From Gammaproteobacteria bacterium (GTDB lineage: Bacteria; Pseudomonadota; Gammaproteobacteria; Eutrophobiales; Eutrophobiaceae), in the NCBI GenBank assembly GCA_965116495.1, contig OZ220696.1, positions 4,011,018-4,075,017 on the forward strand: DNA of 64,000 nt. Direction: 5' to 3'. How positions within the stretch are numbered: position 1 is the first letter of the stretch; every line of letters starts with the position of its first letter. Position numbers and translations under genes: made by a program. The notes beneath the pieces were generated by a model. It was given only the letters and a program-made list of their open reading frames with translations. It had not been told where the DNA came from and made no database searches. Of this stretch, positions 1-8,655 are shown piece by piece.

Positions 1-9
1 GATAAATAA

Positions 10-333
10 ATGAAAGGTGGTTTCGGTGACATCATGCAGCAGGCCCAGAAAATGCAGGAAAACATGCAGCGGGTGCAGGAGGAAATTGCGGCTACGGAAG
101 TGCAGGGTGAGGCCGGCGCCGGCATGGTCAAGGTCATCATGACCGGGAGGCACGACGTTAAACGGGTTGAAATTGAACCGTCCCTGCTGAGCGGCGACAA
201 GGAGATGCTGGAAGACCTGATTGCCGCCGCCGTGAATGATGCCAACAGGCGGGTGGAAAAGGCCACCCAGGACAAGATGGCCAATGTGGCTTCCGGTCTG
301 GAACTCCCCGCAGGATTGAAACTGCCGTTTTAA
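10..333 (+). CDS. ybaB: YbaB/EbfC family nucleoid-associated DNA-binding protein
   Basis: 107-aa ORF with the typical N-terminal [12 protein letters not shown] helix. It lies directly upstream of recR, the conserved ybaB-recR pair. Confidence 0.9.
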   Translation: MKGGFGDIMQQAQKMQENMQRVQEEIAATEVQGEAGAGMVKVIMTGRHDVKRVEIEPSLLSGDKEMLEDLIAAAVNDANRRVEKATQDKMANVASGLELPAGLKLPF

Positions 334-341
334 CAACCAGA

Positions 342-437
342 GTAATGGGGTCAGGTCGCACATTGCACACGTAAAAATAATGACTGTGAAACTGTGACAA
401 ACCTGCGCGTGTGCAATGTGCGACCTGACCCCATTAC
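342..437. repeat. Perfect 30-bp inverted repeat (arms 342-371 and 408-437) with a 36-nt loop; MITE/REP-like hairpin
   Basis: gtaatggggtcaggtcgcacattgcacacg is exactly reverse-complementary to cgtgtgcaatgtgcgacctgaccccattac. It sits in the normally tight ybaB-recR junction. Confidence 0.85.
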
Positions 438-462
438 CCGCATTACCCGAAGCCGGTGACAG

Positions 463-1086
463 ATGCAAGCTGAACCGCCCAGGCTGAGCGCGCTGATCCA
501 GGCGCTTTGCTGTCTGCCGGGGATCGGCAAGAAATCGGCCCAGCGTATCAGTTACCATTTGTTGCAACGGGATCGGAACGGGGCCAGGTCCTTGTCCGCG
601 GCGCTGGCTGAAGCAATGGATAACATAGGCAGTTGTGAGAGGTGCCGCAATTTCAGTGAAACCCCGCTGTGTGATCTTTGTCAGAGCGATAGACGGGATA
701 GCTCGCTGCTTTGCATCGTGGAAAGTCCGGTGGACGTGTTTGCCATGGAAGAGGCGGGCTATAAGGGAAAATATTTCGTGTTGATGGGGCACCTCTCTCC
801 CCTGGACGGCATCGGGCCGCAGGAACTGGGGCTGGACAAACTGGCGGCGTATCTTGCCGGCCCGCCCGGGAGTGAAACGGGAGGAGAGATCAGGGAGGTG
901 ATACTTGCGACCAACTCGACCATGGAAGGGGAAGCGACCGCGCATTTTATCAACAGCATCGTGCAGAGATACTCAATTCGCGTTACCCGTATCGCCCACG
1001 GCGTGCCGCTAGGTGGTGAACTGGAATATATCGACAGTAATACGCTCTCCCATGCCCTGGCCGGCCGGCACGAAATACCCGAATGA
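463..1086 (+). CDS. recR: Recombination protein RecR
   Basis: LPGIGKKSAQRISYHLL helix-hairpin-helix, C4 zinc finger (CERCRNFSETPLCDLC), Toprim-like C-terminus. Confidence 0.93.
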   Translation: MQAEPPRLSALIQALCCLPGIGKKSAQRISYHLLQRDRNGARSLSAALAEAMDNIGSCERCRNFSETPLCDLCQSDRRDSSLLCIVESPVDVFAMEEAGYKGKYFVLMGHLSPLDGIGPQELGLDKLAAYLAGPPGSETGGEIREVILATNSTMEGEATAHFINSIVQRYSIRVTRIAHGVPLGGELEYIDSNTLSHALAGRHEIPE

Positions 1087-1122
1087 TCAGGGTAACCGTA
1101 TTGAAACTGCTTGCCTGATCCC

Positions 1123-2361
1123 TTACCCGGCGGACAAGTGGGCTATTCTTATGGGCGCCGGCGGGTGCGAATCATGAAAAGCTGAATACAACGGGTCCGG
1201 GGTCAGGGTATTGGCATTTTCCTTGTAAAGCTTGACCAGGGCGTTGATCAGGCTGCCGGCCTGCACCTGGGCCTTGGCAAAATCGTCGGCTTCAAACTCG
1301 TGTTTGCGCGAGAGAGATGAAAACATGGGTTGCAGAAAGAAGGTGAATGCCGGCGCTACCAGTACGAACAGGGTCAGGGCCATGTAGGTCGAGGCTGCGC
1401 TGACACCCAGGCCTGCGTAGAACCAGGGTACTTCCAGCAAAACGCCTAGTATGGCGAAACCGGTGAGAAAGGTCAGCCCCAGGATGGCAAGGCGTTTCTT
1501 GATATGGCCGCATTTGAAATGCCCCAGTTCATGGGCCAGGACCGCCTCGATCTCATCGTGGGACAGTTCATCGATCAGGGTGTCAAAAAATACGATCCGC
1601 TTGTTTGCTCCCAGACCGGTGAAGTAGGCGTTCCCATGGGTGGAGCGGGTCGAACCGTCCATGACGAAGATGCCGTTGCTGGTGAAGCCGTTACGGTCCA
1701 GCAAGGCGGCGATACGTTGCGCGAGCTCGGCGTTGCTTAACGGTCTGAACTTGTTGAACAACGGCGCGATCAGGGCGGGATAAGCCCATACCATGACCAG
1801 GTTGAAACCGAACCAGGTCAACCATACGTACAACCACCACCAGGCGCCCGAGTTGTCCATGAACCACAACACCAGCATGATCAGCGGTGTGCCGATAAGC
1901 AGCGCCAGCAGGGTATTTTTCAGCAGGTCGTTGAAAAACAGCTTGAGGGTCATCTTGTTGAATCCGAAGCGCTGTTCCAGCCTGAATGTGCGATACAGCG
2001 ACAGGGGCAGGTCCAGCAGGGATGAGATCAATAACACTGCCAGGATGAAGACAGTTCCCGTCCACAAGGTGGATAACTGGTATGGACGGACGACGCTGTC
2101 AAGTAAATCCAGGCCCCCTCCCAGGGTCCAGATCAGCAACAGCAGCGATGACACGACCAGTTCGAGCAAGCCGGCGCGGGTCTTGGCGCAAGTGTAATCA
2201 GCCGCCTTGCGGTGTGCGTCAAGGGGGATCTTGTCCGCGAACTCATCCGGCACCGCATCCCGTTTGGCCCTGATGTGGCGGACATGACGCACGCTCAGGC
2301 GCCATTGAAGTAAAACGCCTGAAATCAATGCTATGATAAACAGGTAGGTAAATGTATTCAT
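1123..2361 (-). CDS. M48 family zinc metalloprotease (Ste24/HtpX-like, multi-TM)
   Basis: 412 aa with several N-terminal TM segments, an HELGH zinc motif (LAHELGHFKCGH) and a C-terminal SHPP motif. Confidence 0.85.
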   Translation of the reverse strand: MNTFTYLFIIALISGVLLQWRLSVRHVRHIRAKRDAVPDEFADKIPLDAHRKAADYTCAKTRAGLLELVVSSLLLLIWTLGGGLDLLDSVVRPYQLSTLWTGTVFILAVLLISSLLDLPLSLYRTFRLEQRFGFNKMTLKLFFNDLLKNTLLALLIGTPLIMLVLWFMDNSGAWWWLYVWLTWFGFNLVMVWAYPALIAPLFNKFRPLSNAELAQRIAALLDRNGFTSNGIFVMDGSTRSTHGNAYFTGLGANKRIVFFDTLIDELSHDEIEAVLAHELGHFKCGHIKKRLAILGLTFLTGFAILGVLLEVPWFYAGLGVSAASTYMALTLFVLVAPAFTFFLQPMFSSLSRKHEFEADDFAKAQVQAGSLINALVKLYKENANTLTPDPLYSAFHDSHPPAPIRIAHLSAG

Positions 2362-2429
2362 GGATCAACTGTCGGTTCCCAATACGATTAAGGTAGTATC
2401 AACTAAAAACAAATATCGAACAACCCTGA

Positions 2430-2487
2430 ACAAATTTGGGACACCCGTAAATTTGCAACAATCACAAATTTGGGACACCCATAAATT
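2430..2487. repeat. Two direct copies of a 24-nt motif acaaatttgggacaccc(g/a)taaatt in the divergent M48-protease/orn promoter region
   Basis: Copies at 2430-2453 and 2464-2487 differ at one position, with a 34-bp period. Confidence 0.6.
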
Positions 2488-2499
2488 CGTAACTCTAAG

Positions 2500-3042
2500 A
2501 TGCCTTCGCTGGATACCAACCTGATATGGATCGACCTGGAAATGACCGGATTGCTCCCGGAGCAGGATTACATCATAGAGATTGCAACCGTGATCACCGA
2601 TGCCCAGTTGAACCTGCTGGCGGAAGGTCCGGTGATGGCCCTGAACCAGCCTGAATCGGTCCTGTCCCGCATGGATGACTGGAACATGAACCAGCATACC
2701 CGCTCAGGCTTGTTGCAGCGGGTGCGCAGCAGTGAATATTCCGAGTCGGATGGCGAGAAACTCACCCTGGAATTTTTGCGTAAATACGTAGCGGCCGGGG
2801 TCTCCCCCATGTGCGGCAACAGTATCTGCCAGGACCGCCGTTTCCTCGTCCGGCACATGCCCGGGCTTGAGAAATATTTTCACTATCGTAATCTGGACGT
2901 GAGCACAGTGAAGGAACTGGTCAAGCGCTGGACCAACAACCAGGAGCCGTTTGACAAGGAATCGACCCATCTTGCCCTGAACGACATCCGCGATTCCATC
3001 GAAGAATTACGCCATTACCGGAAACTGTATTTCAACTGTTAA
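2500..3042 (+). CDS. orn: Oligoribonuclease
   Basis: [16 protein letters not shown] exonuclease motif; 180 aa, colinear with the Orn sequence as I recall it. Confidence 0.93.
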   Translation: MPSLDTNLIWIDLEMTGLLPEQDYIIEIATVITDAQLNLLAEGPVMALNQPESVLSRMDDWNMNQHTRSGLLQRVRSSEYSESDGEKLTLEFLRKYVAAGVSPMCGNSICQDRRFLVRHMPGLEKYFHYRNLDVSTVKELVKRWTNNQEPFDKESTHLALNDIRDSIEELRHYRKLYFNC

Positions 3043-3048
3043 GGGAAA

Positions 3049-4632
3049 ATGCCTGATTACGACGTCATCATTGCCGGCGGCGGCCATAACGCACTGATCT
3101 GTGCTGCGCTCCTGGTCAGAAACGGCCTGAAAGTCCTGGTGGCCGAGCGCAATGACTGGGTGGGCGGCGGTGTGGTTACCCGGGAAGTTACCCTGCCCGG
3201 TTATAAACATGACATGTTCGGTTCTTCCCACGTCTGGATCCACCTGAACCCCGATTTCAAGACCCTGCAGCCCGAACTGGAACAATACGGCCTGAAATAC
3301 ATCTGGTCCGAAGACCACATTACCGGCCACCCGAACAAGTACGAGGGGCAGGGTATCATCGTTTACAAGGACGTGGACAAGACCTGTGACACGATAGCGG
3401 AATACTCCCGCCGGGACGCCAGGCGCTACCGGGAAATCTACGAGGAATTCGGCGAGATCCGGGAGGGTGTGATCAAGGGCATGTTCTCTCCCCCGGCGCC
3501 GCCCAGTTACCTGTACCAGGCCATGGAAAACAGCCCCGAAGGGTTAAAGCGTTTACGTGACTACCAGTTGAGTTCGCGCCAGTTCACCCTGGAGAATTTC
3601 GAGAACGATCATGTGCGCGCCTTTATCCTGGGTTGGGCGATGGCGCCACAGACGCTGCCGGACCAGTTGGGCACGGCAGCCGGCTTCTACGTCATGATCC
3701 CCAGTATCCATTACTACGGGCAGGCCATACCGGAAGGCGGCAGCGGTATGCTGGCGGTGGCCCTGCAGCAATATATCGAGGCCAACGGCGGCGTGGTGCT
3801 GACCGGCGCGACGGTCAGAAAGTTTATCGTCGAAAACGATGAGTGTATCGGCATTCGCCTGGAGGACGGTTCTGAAATCAGCGCCGGACAGGCGGTTGTC
3901 TCGGAACTGGACCCCTACCAGACCTACCTGCACGGTTTCGATGAGGGCGTGCTCACACAGGAGTTTCTTGACCTGGTGCGAAATTTCCGCTTCGGTGACG
4001 TGACCATCGCCCGCGTCCATTACGCGCTGAACGAAGCGCCTAAATTCAGGAACGGGACGGACATGGACAGGACGGCCTTCCAGCGCATCTTCGGCACGGT
4101 GGCGGATATCGATAAACAATACAACGAGATGGCCGCGGGGCTGGCCCCGACCGATCCGTTTTTATGGACTGCCGCCTGGACCACCATGGACCCCAGCCGG
4201 GCGCCGGCGGGCAAGCATACGCTGATCATGGATACCTTTGTGCCGGTAGACCTGGCATCCGGCCAGGACTGGGAACAGATCGGCCCCGCGTATGTACGCA
4301 ATACCTTACTGGAGCAATTGCGCAATTACACGGTCAACATGGATGATGACAATATACTGGCTGAATACGTGGAAACAGGACCAAGCCTGGCCAGGGCAAA
4401 CCTGTGCTTTTACCGGGGCGTCACCACCGGCGGCGAACGCACCCTGTCCCAGATGGGGGCGTTCCGGCCGTTTCCGAATTATGCCGACTATCGGGGTCCC
4501 ATCAAGAAATTCTATATGACCGGGCCGTCCTGTCACCCCGGCGGGGGTATCTGCGGTATGGGTTCCATCGCGGCTAACGAAATTCTCCTGGACCTGGGGT
4601 TGAAGCAGGAAGATGATGATTTTGATTTTTGA
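3049..4632 (+). CDS. NAD(P)/FAD-dependent oxidoreductase, phytoene desaturase (CrtI)-like family
   Basis: N-terminal Rossmann fold YDVIIAGGGHNALICAALL...ERNDWVGGG. The 527-aa length is typical of CrtI-like amine/desaturase oxidoreductases. Confidence 0.75.
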   Translation: MPDYDVIIAGGGHNALICAALLVRNGLKVLVAERNDWVGGGVVTREVTLPGYKHDMFGSSHVWIHLNPDFKTLQPELEQYGLKYIWSEDHITGHPNKYEGQGIIVYKDVDKTCDTIAEYSRRDARRYREIYEEFGEIREGVIKGMFSPPAPPSYLYQAMENSPEGLKRLRDYQLSSRQFTLENFENDHVRAFILGWAMAPQTLPDQLGTAAGFYVMIPSIHYYGQAIPEGGSGMLAVALQQYIEANGGVVLTGATVRKFIVENDECIGIRLEDGSEISAGQAVVSELDPYQTYLHGFDEGVLTQEFLDLVRNFRFGDVTIARVHYALNEAPKFRNGTDMDRTAFQRIFGTVADIDKQYNEMAAGLAPTDPFLWTAAWTTMDPSRAPAGKHTLIMDTFVPVDLASGQDWEQIGPAYVRNTLLEQLRNYTVNMDDDNILAEYVETGPSLARANLCFYRGVTTGGERTLSQMGAFRPFPNYADYRGPIKKFYMTGPSCHPGGGICGMGSIAANEILLDLGLKQEDDDFDF

Positions 4633-4650
4633 TTTTGTAGATAGAGCGTG

Positions 4651-4708
4651 CACAGAGGAAAACAAATTTGGACAGCGAAAAGTCTGTCCAGATTTGTTTT
4701 CCTCTGTG
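4651..4708. terminator. 25-bp-stem hairpin (one mismatch) downstream of the oxidoreductase gene; REP-like or terminator
   Basis: cacagaggaaaacaaatttggacag / ctgtccagatttgttttcctctgtg around an 8-nt loop. Confidence 0.6.
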
Positions 4709-4744
4709 TCTGGTGGATGTAACATTAATCGGGACGAGAGGGCT

Positions 4745-4768
4745 GGGGACGGAATTAATTCCGTCCCC
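4745..4768. repeat. REP family B: perfect 24-bp palindrome ggggacggaattaattccgtcccc
   Basis: Self-complementary. Related copies lie at 25249, 29445, 33817 and 60817. Confidence 0.85.
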
Positions 4769-4795
4769 TGATAAACAAACAACAAGGTATTAAAC

Positions 4796-5956
4796 ATGTC
4801 TGAAAAAGCTGAGCGTATCGCGCCTTACACGGCGCTGGTGGTGCAACCGGAGGTAACGGTTGTAAAGAAACGGGAAGATATCAGGAAAAACCTGGACCGG
4901 GTGTGCAACCTGATCCACTTCGGCGTGGGTTATTTCTGGGAACAGCCGGTGCGCCTGGTGGTGTTACCGGAATATTTCATGCAGGGTGTCGGCACGCCGG
5001 GCAAGGGTGAAAGCCGCATCAAGGACCAGATGGACAAGGTGGTGACCATTCCGGGACCTGAATCGGAACAACTGGGTGAAATAGCCCGGCAGTATGGATT
5101 GTATATCGTCGCCGGCGGCGTCTGCGAGGAATTGCCTGAGTTTCCGGACCGCTGGTTCAACAGCAATTTTATCGTCGGGCCGGAAGGCGACATCGTACTG
5201 AAATACCACAAGTGGCATATCCCCGCGTACATCGGCCTCGGCACCAGCCCCCATGACCTGTTTACCGAGTACTGCGAAAAAATCGGCGGCGATATCAAGG
5301 ACCTGTTCCCCGTGGTCGATACCCCCATCGGCAAGCTCGGCACCATGACCTGCCATGACGGCTGTACCCCGGAGGTCTCCCGCGCCCTGGGCTATAACGG
5401 GGTGGAGATCATCTGCCATCCCGGCGCCATCCAGGAGGTGGAAGGCGTGTCCGAACCCTGGGATTTCTGGATGTTCACCCGGCGCGCCCGGGCCCACGAT
5501 AATATGTGTTACCTGCTGGGTTCCAACTGGGGCAAGGTCAATTACGAGTATTACCCCAAGGCCTTTTGCCCGGGTAATTCATTTGCCATTGATTATACCG
5601 GTATGGTCCTGCGCCATGTGCCTTACCCTGAGGAACAAGTGCTGGCGGTTTCCATCGACATCGAGGCATTGCGGCATCACCGGACAAAGACCATCCACAA
5701 CTGCTGGGTGGACCTGCGTACCGAGGGATTTCGCCAGATCTACGATAATCCCATCTACCCGCCCAACCGCTTCCCCCCCGGCAAGGCCCCGCGCAGTCTG
5801 TCGGAAAAGGTGTCAATCTGCAAGGAGGTATTTGACGACCTGTACGGGCGCGGCCAGTTCACGCCGCCGGCGGGGTATGCGCCCGAAGACATTTCCCAAT
5901 TGCTGGAAGACAGGATCGCCTACGCCCAGGAAACAGGGCGCCTGAAGAAGAGTTAA
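4796..5956 (+). CDS. Carbon-nitrogen hydrolase (nitrilase superfamily, amidase-like) with a ~100-aa C-terminal extension
   Basis: Glu-Lys-Cys triad context: VVLPEYF, YHKWHIP, GTMTCHDG. 386 aa. Confidence 0.8.
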   Translation: MSEKAERIAPYTALVVQPEVTVVKKREDIRKNLDRVCNLIHFGVGYFWEQPVRLVVLPEYFMQGVGTPGKGESRIKDQMDKVVTIPGPESEQLGEIARQYGLYIVAGGVCEELPEFPDRWFNSNFIVGPEGDIVLKYHKWHIPAYIGLGTSPHDLFTEYCEKIGGDIKDLFPVVDTPIGKLGTMTCHDGCTPEVSRALGYNGVEIICHPGAIQEVEGVSEPWDFWMFTRRARAHDNMCYLLGSNWGKVNYEYYPKAFCPGNSFAIDYTGMVLRHVPYPEEQVLAVSIDIEALRHHRTKTIHNCWVDLRTEGFRQIYDNPIYPPNRFPPGKAPRSLSEKVSICKEVFDDLYGRGQFTPPAGYAPEDISQLLEDRIAYAQETGRLKKS

Positions 5957-5960
5957 TCCG

Positions 5961-6203
5961 ATGAGAGTACGCAGCAAACTGGCGGACGTCGAATTTCAGT
6001 TCGGCGAGTTCGAATACAGGAAAGATCACCTGGTCATCCACAGCGCAGCGGAGCAGGCCATGCAGACCCGGGTCTACGTCAGCCCCGATGATATCGTCAA
6101 TGCCTTGAAGAAAGCCCTGTCCAATCCGCGGGTGTGGCTATACTTTGCCGGGTTCCCGTTTTTCCTGGCCAGGTACCGGCGTAGGAAGAAAATTAGGAAT
6201 TAG
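5961..6203 (+). CDS. Small hypothetical protein with a hydrophobic/basic C-terminus
   Basis: 80-aa ORF starting 5 nt after the hydrolase stop. I recognise no family, and its stop lies inside a heptamer repeat array. Confidence 0.3.
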   Translation: MRVRSKLADVEFQFGEFEYRKDHLVIHSAAEQAMQTRVYVSPDDIVNALKKALSNPRVWLYFAGFPFFLARYRRRKKIRN

Positions 6204-6241
6204 GAATTAGGAATTACGAATTAGGAATTGGAAGGGGGGGG
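6191..6241. repeat. Tandem heptamer array (AATTAGG x5, one variant, plus a partial unit) followed by a G8 homopolymer tract
   Basis: Units at 6191, 6198, 6205, 6212 (aattacg) and 6219; G8 at 6234-6241. The array lies about 100 bp upstream of the TonB-dependent receptor start. Confidence 0.85.
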
Positions 6242-6266
6242 TGGAATATTTCTATAATAGAATTCA

Positions 6267-6308
6267 GGGGTCAGAGTAAAAATTCTTCGAATTTCTTACT
6301 CTGAGCCC
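6267..6308. repeat. REP family A palindrome (ggggtcagagtaa...ttactctgagccc)
   Basis: Inverted arms around an AT-rich loop. Same family as 8609, 9537, 48385 and 60864. Confidence 0.8.
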
Positions 6309-6344
6309 GCACCCCATCGATACAAGAGGACAGCCTGTTCACCC

Positions 6345-8549
6345 ATGATCGATAAACGCTGGAACCTGCCTGGCGGCGTTCGGCCGGCGTTAATCATTGC
6401 CGGACTCATGGCGGAATTTGCCTTGCCCGTCTTTCCCGCGTCCGCGCAAACACAAGCGTCAAGCATGGAAGAGATCGTCGTGAGCGCGCGCAAACGCGAG
6501 GAATCCCTGCACGAGGTTCCGAATGCGATCACCGTACTACAGGAACAGGACCTGCGTCAGCGCGGGATCACCGAGCTTAACCAGGTCGAGAAATTCGCGC
6601 CCAACGTGGTTCAGACAAACTTCGGCCAGGGCAACACGGGGCACGCGGCCATATTCATGCGCGGCGCCGGGTTGCAGGACCACATCATCACTACGGATCC
6701 GTCCGTGGGCATCTACCTGGACGGGGTGTACCTGGGGCGCAACATGGGCGCCAACATGGACCTGATGAATATTGAACGGGTCGAGGTGGCGCGCGGCCCC
6801 CAGGGCAGCCTGTCAGGCCGCAATACCCTGGGCGGCGCCCTGCACATCGTCACCAGGGAGCCTGCAGGAGACAATAGCGCACGCCTCGATATCAAAGCCG
6901 GCAGTCTCGGGCGCATTGACGGACACCTGTTTGCTGATGTGGCGTTGGCCGAGACGCTCTCCGTCGCGGTCTCGGCCGGCGCCAAGTCCCGTAACGGAAC
7001 GGGCAAAGCTTTATTGATTGAAGACCCCGACGCGGATATCGGTGAAATCTTGCGCGGCTTCGGTCGCGTCGCGCTGCTCTGGGAGGCGTCTGATACGCTG
7101 AGTTTCCTGGCAACGGCTGATCTTGCCCGTTCAGACCAGGGGGTGGCGCCGCATGCAGTCGAAGTTTTCAACGTCCCCAACGGCTTCGGACTCCGCCCTG
7201 AAGATCAGCCGGCGGACCCTGATGATACCTTTTCCGTAAACGACGATTTGACCGCTACGGAAGACCGGACCCTGGGGGTCTCGCTGACCGCCGACTGGAA
7301 CATTTCGGACCGGCTGGATCTCAGGGCGATCCTCAGCTATCGCGATATGTGGTATGAGGGGGGGCTGGACAATGAGAAGGTTAGAGCGACCTTGATCGAG
7401 TTTCCCGAACGCGGCGAAGCTGACCAAGCAACGGTAGAGATACAGTTGCGCGGCAGCGCCGGTTGGGGCGACTGGATTGCCGGTTTCTACGCCTTTGACG
7501 AAGACGGGTACAACGACAGTCCGTTTGTATTCCGCGCCGGCGGGCTGGCGGACGGCCGACCGGAAGTGATACCGACCCGCGATTTTGACGGGAGGCTCTA
7601 CCTGGAGCAGGAGACCAGCAGCAGGGCCGGTTTCGGCCACGCCAATATCGATCTCGACGAGCGCTGGGTCCTGGGCCTGGGCGCCCGTTACACCCACGAT
7701 AAGAAAGACGCCCTGGCATCCCTGCATTACTTTCCGGCGCCGGCGCAGCGCGGGGACGACTGGGATGAATTCAGCGGCGATGCAACGCTTTCGTACCGCA
7801 TTGCCGAGAACCTCAACACCTATATCAGCTACGCGCGCGGGTACCAGGCCGGCGGCTACCCGCCCCGCCCCTTCGCCGGCGCGGCCACGTTTGTCGCCTT
7901 CGACCCCACCTTTGCCGACTCGTTTGAACTCGGCGCAAAAGGCGCCTGGGGCAGCCGCCTGTGGCTGCACGCCGCCCTGTTCCACGTCCGCTACCGGGAC
8001 CTGGCGGTGCAGAGCAATGAATTGATCGACGATGGCTTTCTCACCCTGACCCAGAACGCCGCCGAATCCGAAGCCACGGGCTTGGAACTGGAAGGCCGCT
8101 TGCAGCTTGCAGGCGCTTTTGACATCCACTTCACCCTGGGCTATATCGATGTCGAGATATCCGAAGTGGACGAGGGAGTGCAAGGCATCGGCAAGGGCGA
8201 CAGGCCGGCGCTGACGCCTGAATTGACCGTTTCATTGTCGCCCCGCTACGCCCACGACCTGCCCGGCGGCGCTACACTGGAGTCGCGCCTGGACTACTAC
8301 CACCGGGGCGGGATGTTCGGCCAACCGGTCAATACGCCGCTCAACAAAATCGAGGCGGTTGACCGGCTCAACGCCTCCCTGACCTGGACCAGCCCGAAGC
8401 GCGCCTGGAGCATCTCCCTGTACGGCGACAATCTCACCAACGAAGTCTATCCCCTGGCCAAACTGGACATCGACCCCACGACCCTGATCATCAACAGCAA
8501 TGATCGAAGGGAATACGGGATACGCATCAGCCGGCGTTTCGGGAGTTGA
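6345..8549 (+). CDS. TonB-dependent outer-membrane receptor
   Basis: Signal peptide ending in ASAQT, a plug domain (EEIVVSARKREESL, ERVEVARGPQG), and a long beta-barrel ending in an aromatic-rich C-terminus RISRRFGS. Confidence 0.9.
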   Translation: MIDKRWNLPGGVRPALIIAGLMAEFALPVFPASAQTQASSMEEIVVSARKREESLHEVPNAITVLQEQDLRQRGITELNQVEKFAPNVVQTNFGQGNTGHAAIFMRGAGLQDHIITTDPSVGIYLDGVYLGRNMGANMDLMNIERVEVARGPQGSLSGRNTLGGALHIVTREPAGDNSARLDIKAGSLGRIDGHLFADVALAETLSVAVSAGAKSRNGTGKALLIEDPDADIGEILRGFGRVALLWEASDTLSFLATADLARSDQGVAPHAVEVFNVPNGFGLRPEDQPADPDDTFSVNDDLTATEDRTLGVSLTADWNISDRLDLRAILSYRDMWYEGGLDNEKVRATLIEFPERGEADQATVEIQLRGSAGWGDWIAGFYAFDEDGYNDSPFVFRAGGLADGRPEVIPTRDFDGRLYLEQETSSRAGFGHANIDLDERWVLGLGARYTHDKKDALASLHYFPAPAQRGDDWDEFSGDATLSYRIAENLNTYISYARGYQAGGYPPRPFAGAATFVAFDPTFADSFELGAKGAWGSRLWLHAALFHVRYRDLAVQSNELIDDGFLTLTQNAAESEATGLELEGRLQLAGAFDIHFTLGYIDVEISEVDEGVQGIGKGDRPALTPELTVSLSPRYAHDLPGGATLESRLDYYHRGGMFGQPVNTPLNKIEAVDRLNASLTWTSPKRAWSISLYGDNLTNEVYPLAKLDIDPTTLIINSNDRREYGIRISRRFGS

Positions 8550-8608
8550 TAACAGTGGAAAAACCGCTATAGTTGAACCTGAAAAAAGCCATGACTTTGA
8601 TAAATTCA

Positions 8609-8650
8609 GGGGTCAGAGTAAGAAATTCGAAGAATTTTTGCTCTGACCCC
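8609..8650. repeat. REP family A palindrome
   Basis: ggggtcagagtaagaaattcgaagaatttttgctctgacccc. Confidence 0.85.
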
Positions 8651-8655
8651 ATTGA

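Noticed and set aside
6191-6229. Short tandem repeats considered as a possible CRISPR array or mini-array
   Set aside because: The units are contiguous 7-mers with no spacers, there are no cas genes in the window, and the repeat length is far below CRISPR range.
7131-8183. 350-aa ORF on the minus strand inside the TonB-dependent receptor gene
   Set aside because: It is antisense to a gene with clear family motifs. Its composition (Gly/Ala/Arg/Pro-rich) is typical of spurious antisense ORFs in GC-rich DNA, and I recognise no motifs in it.
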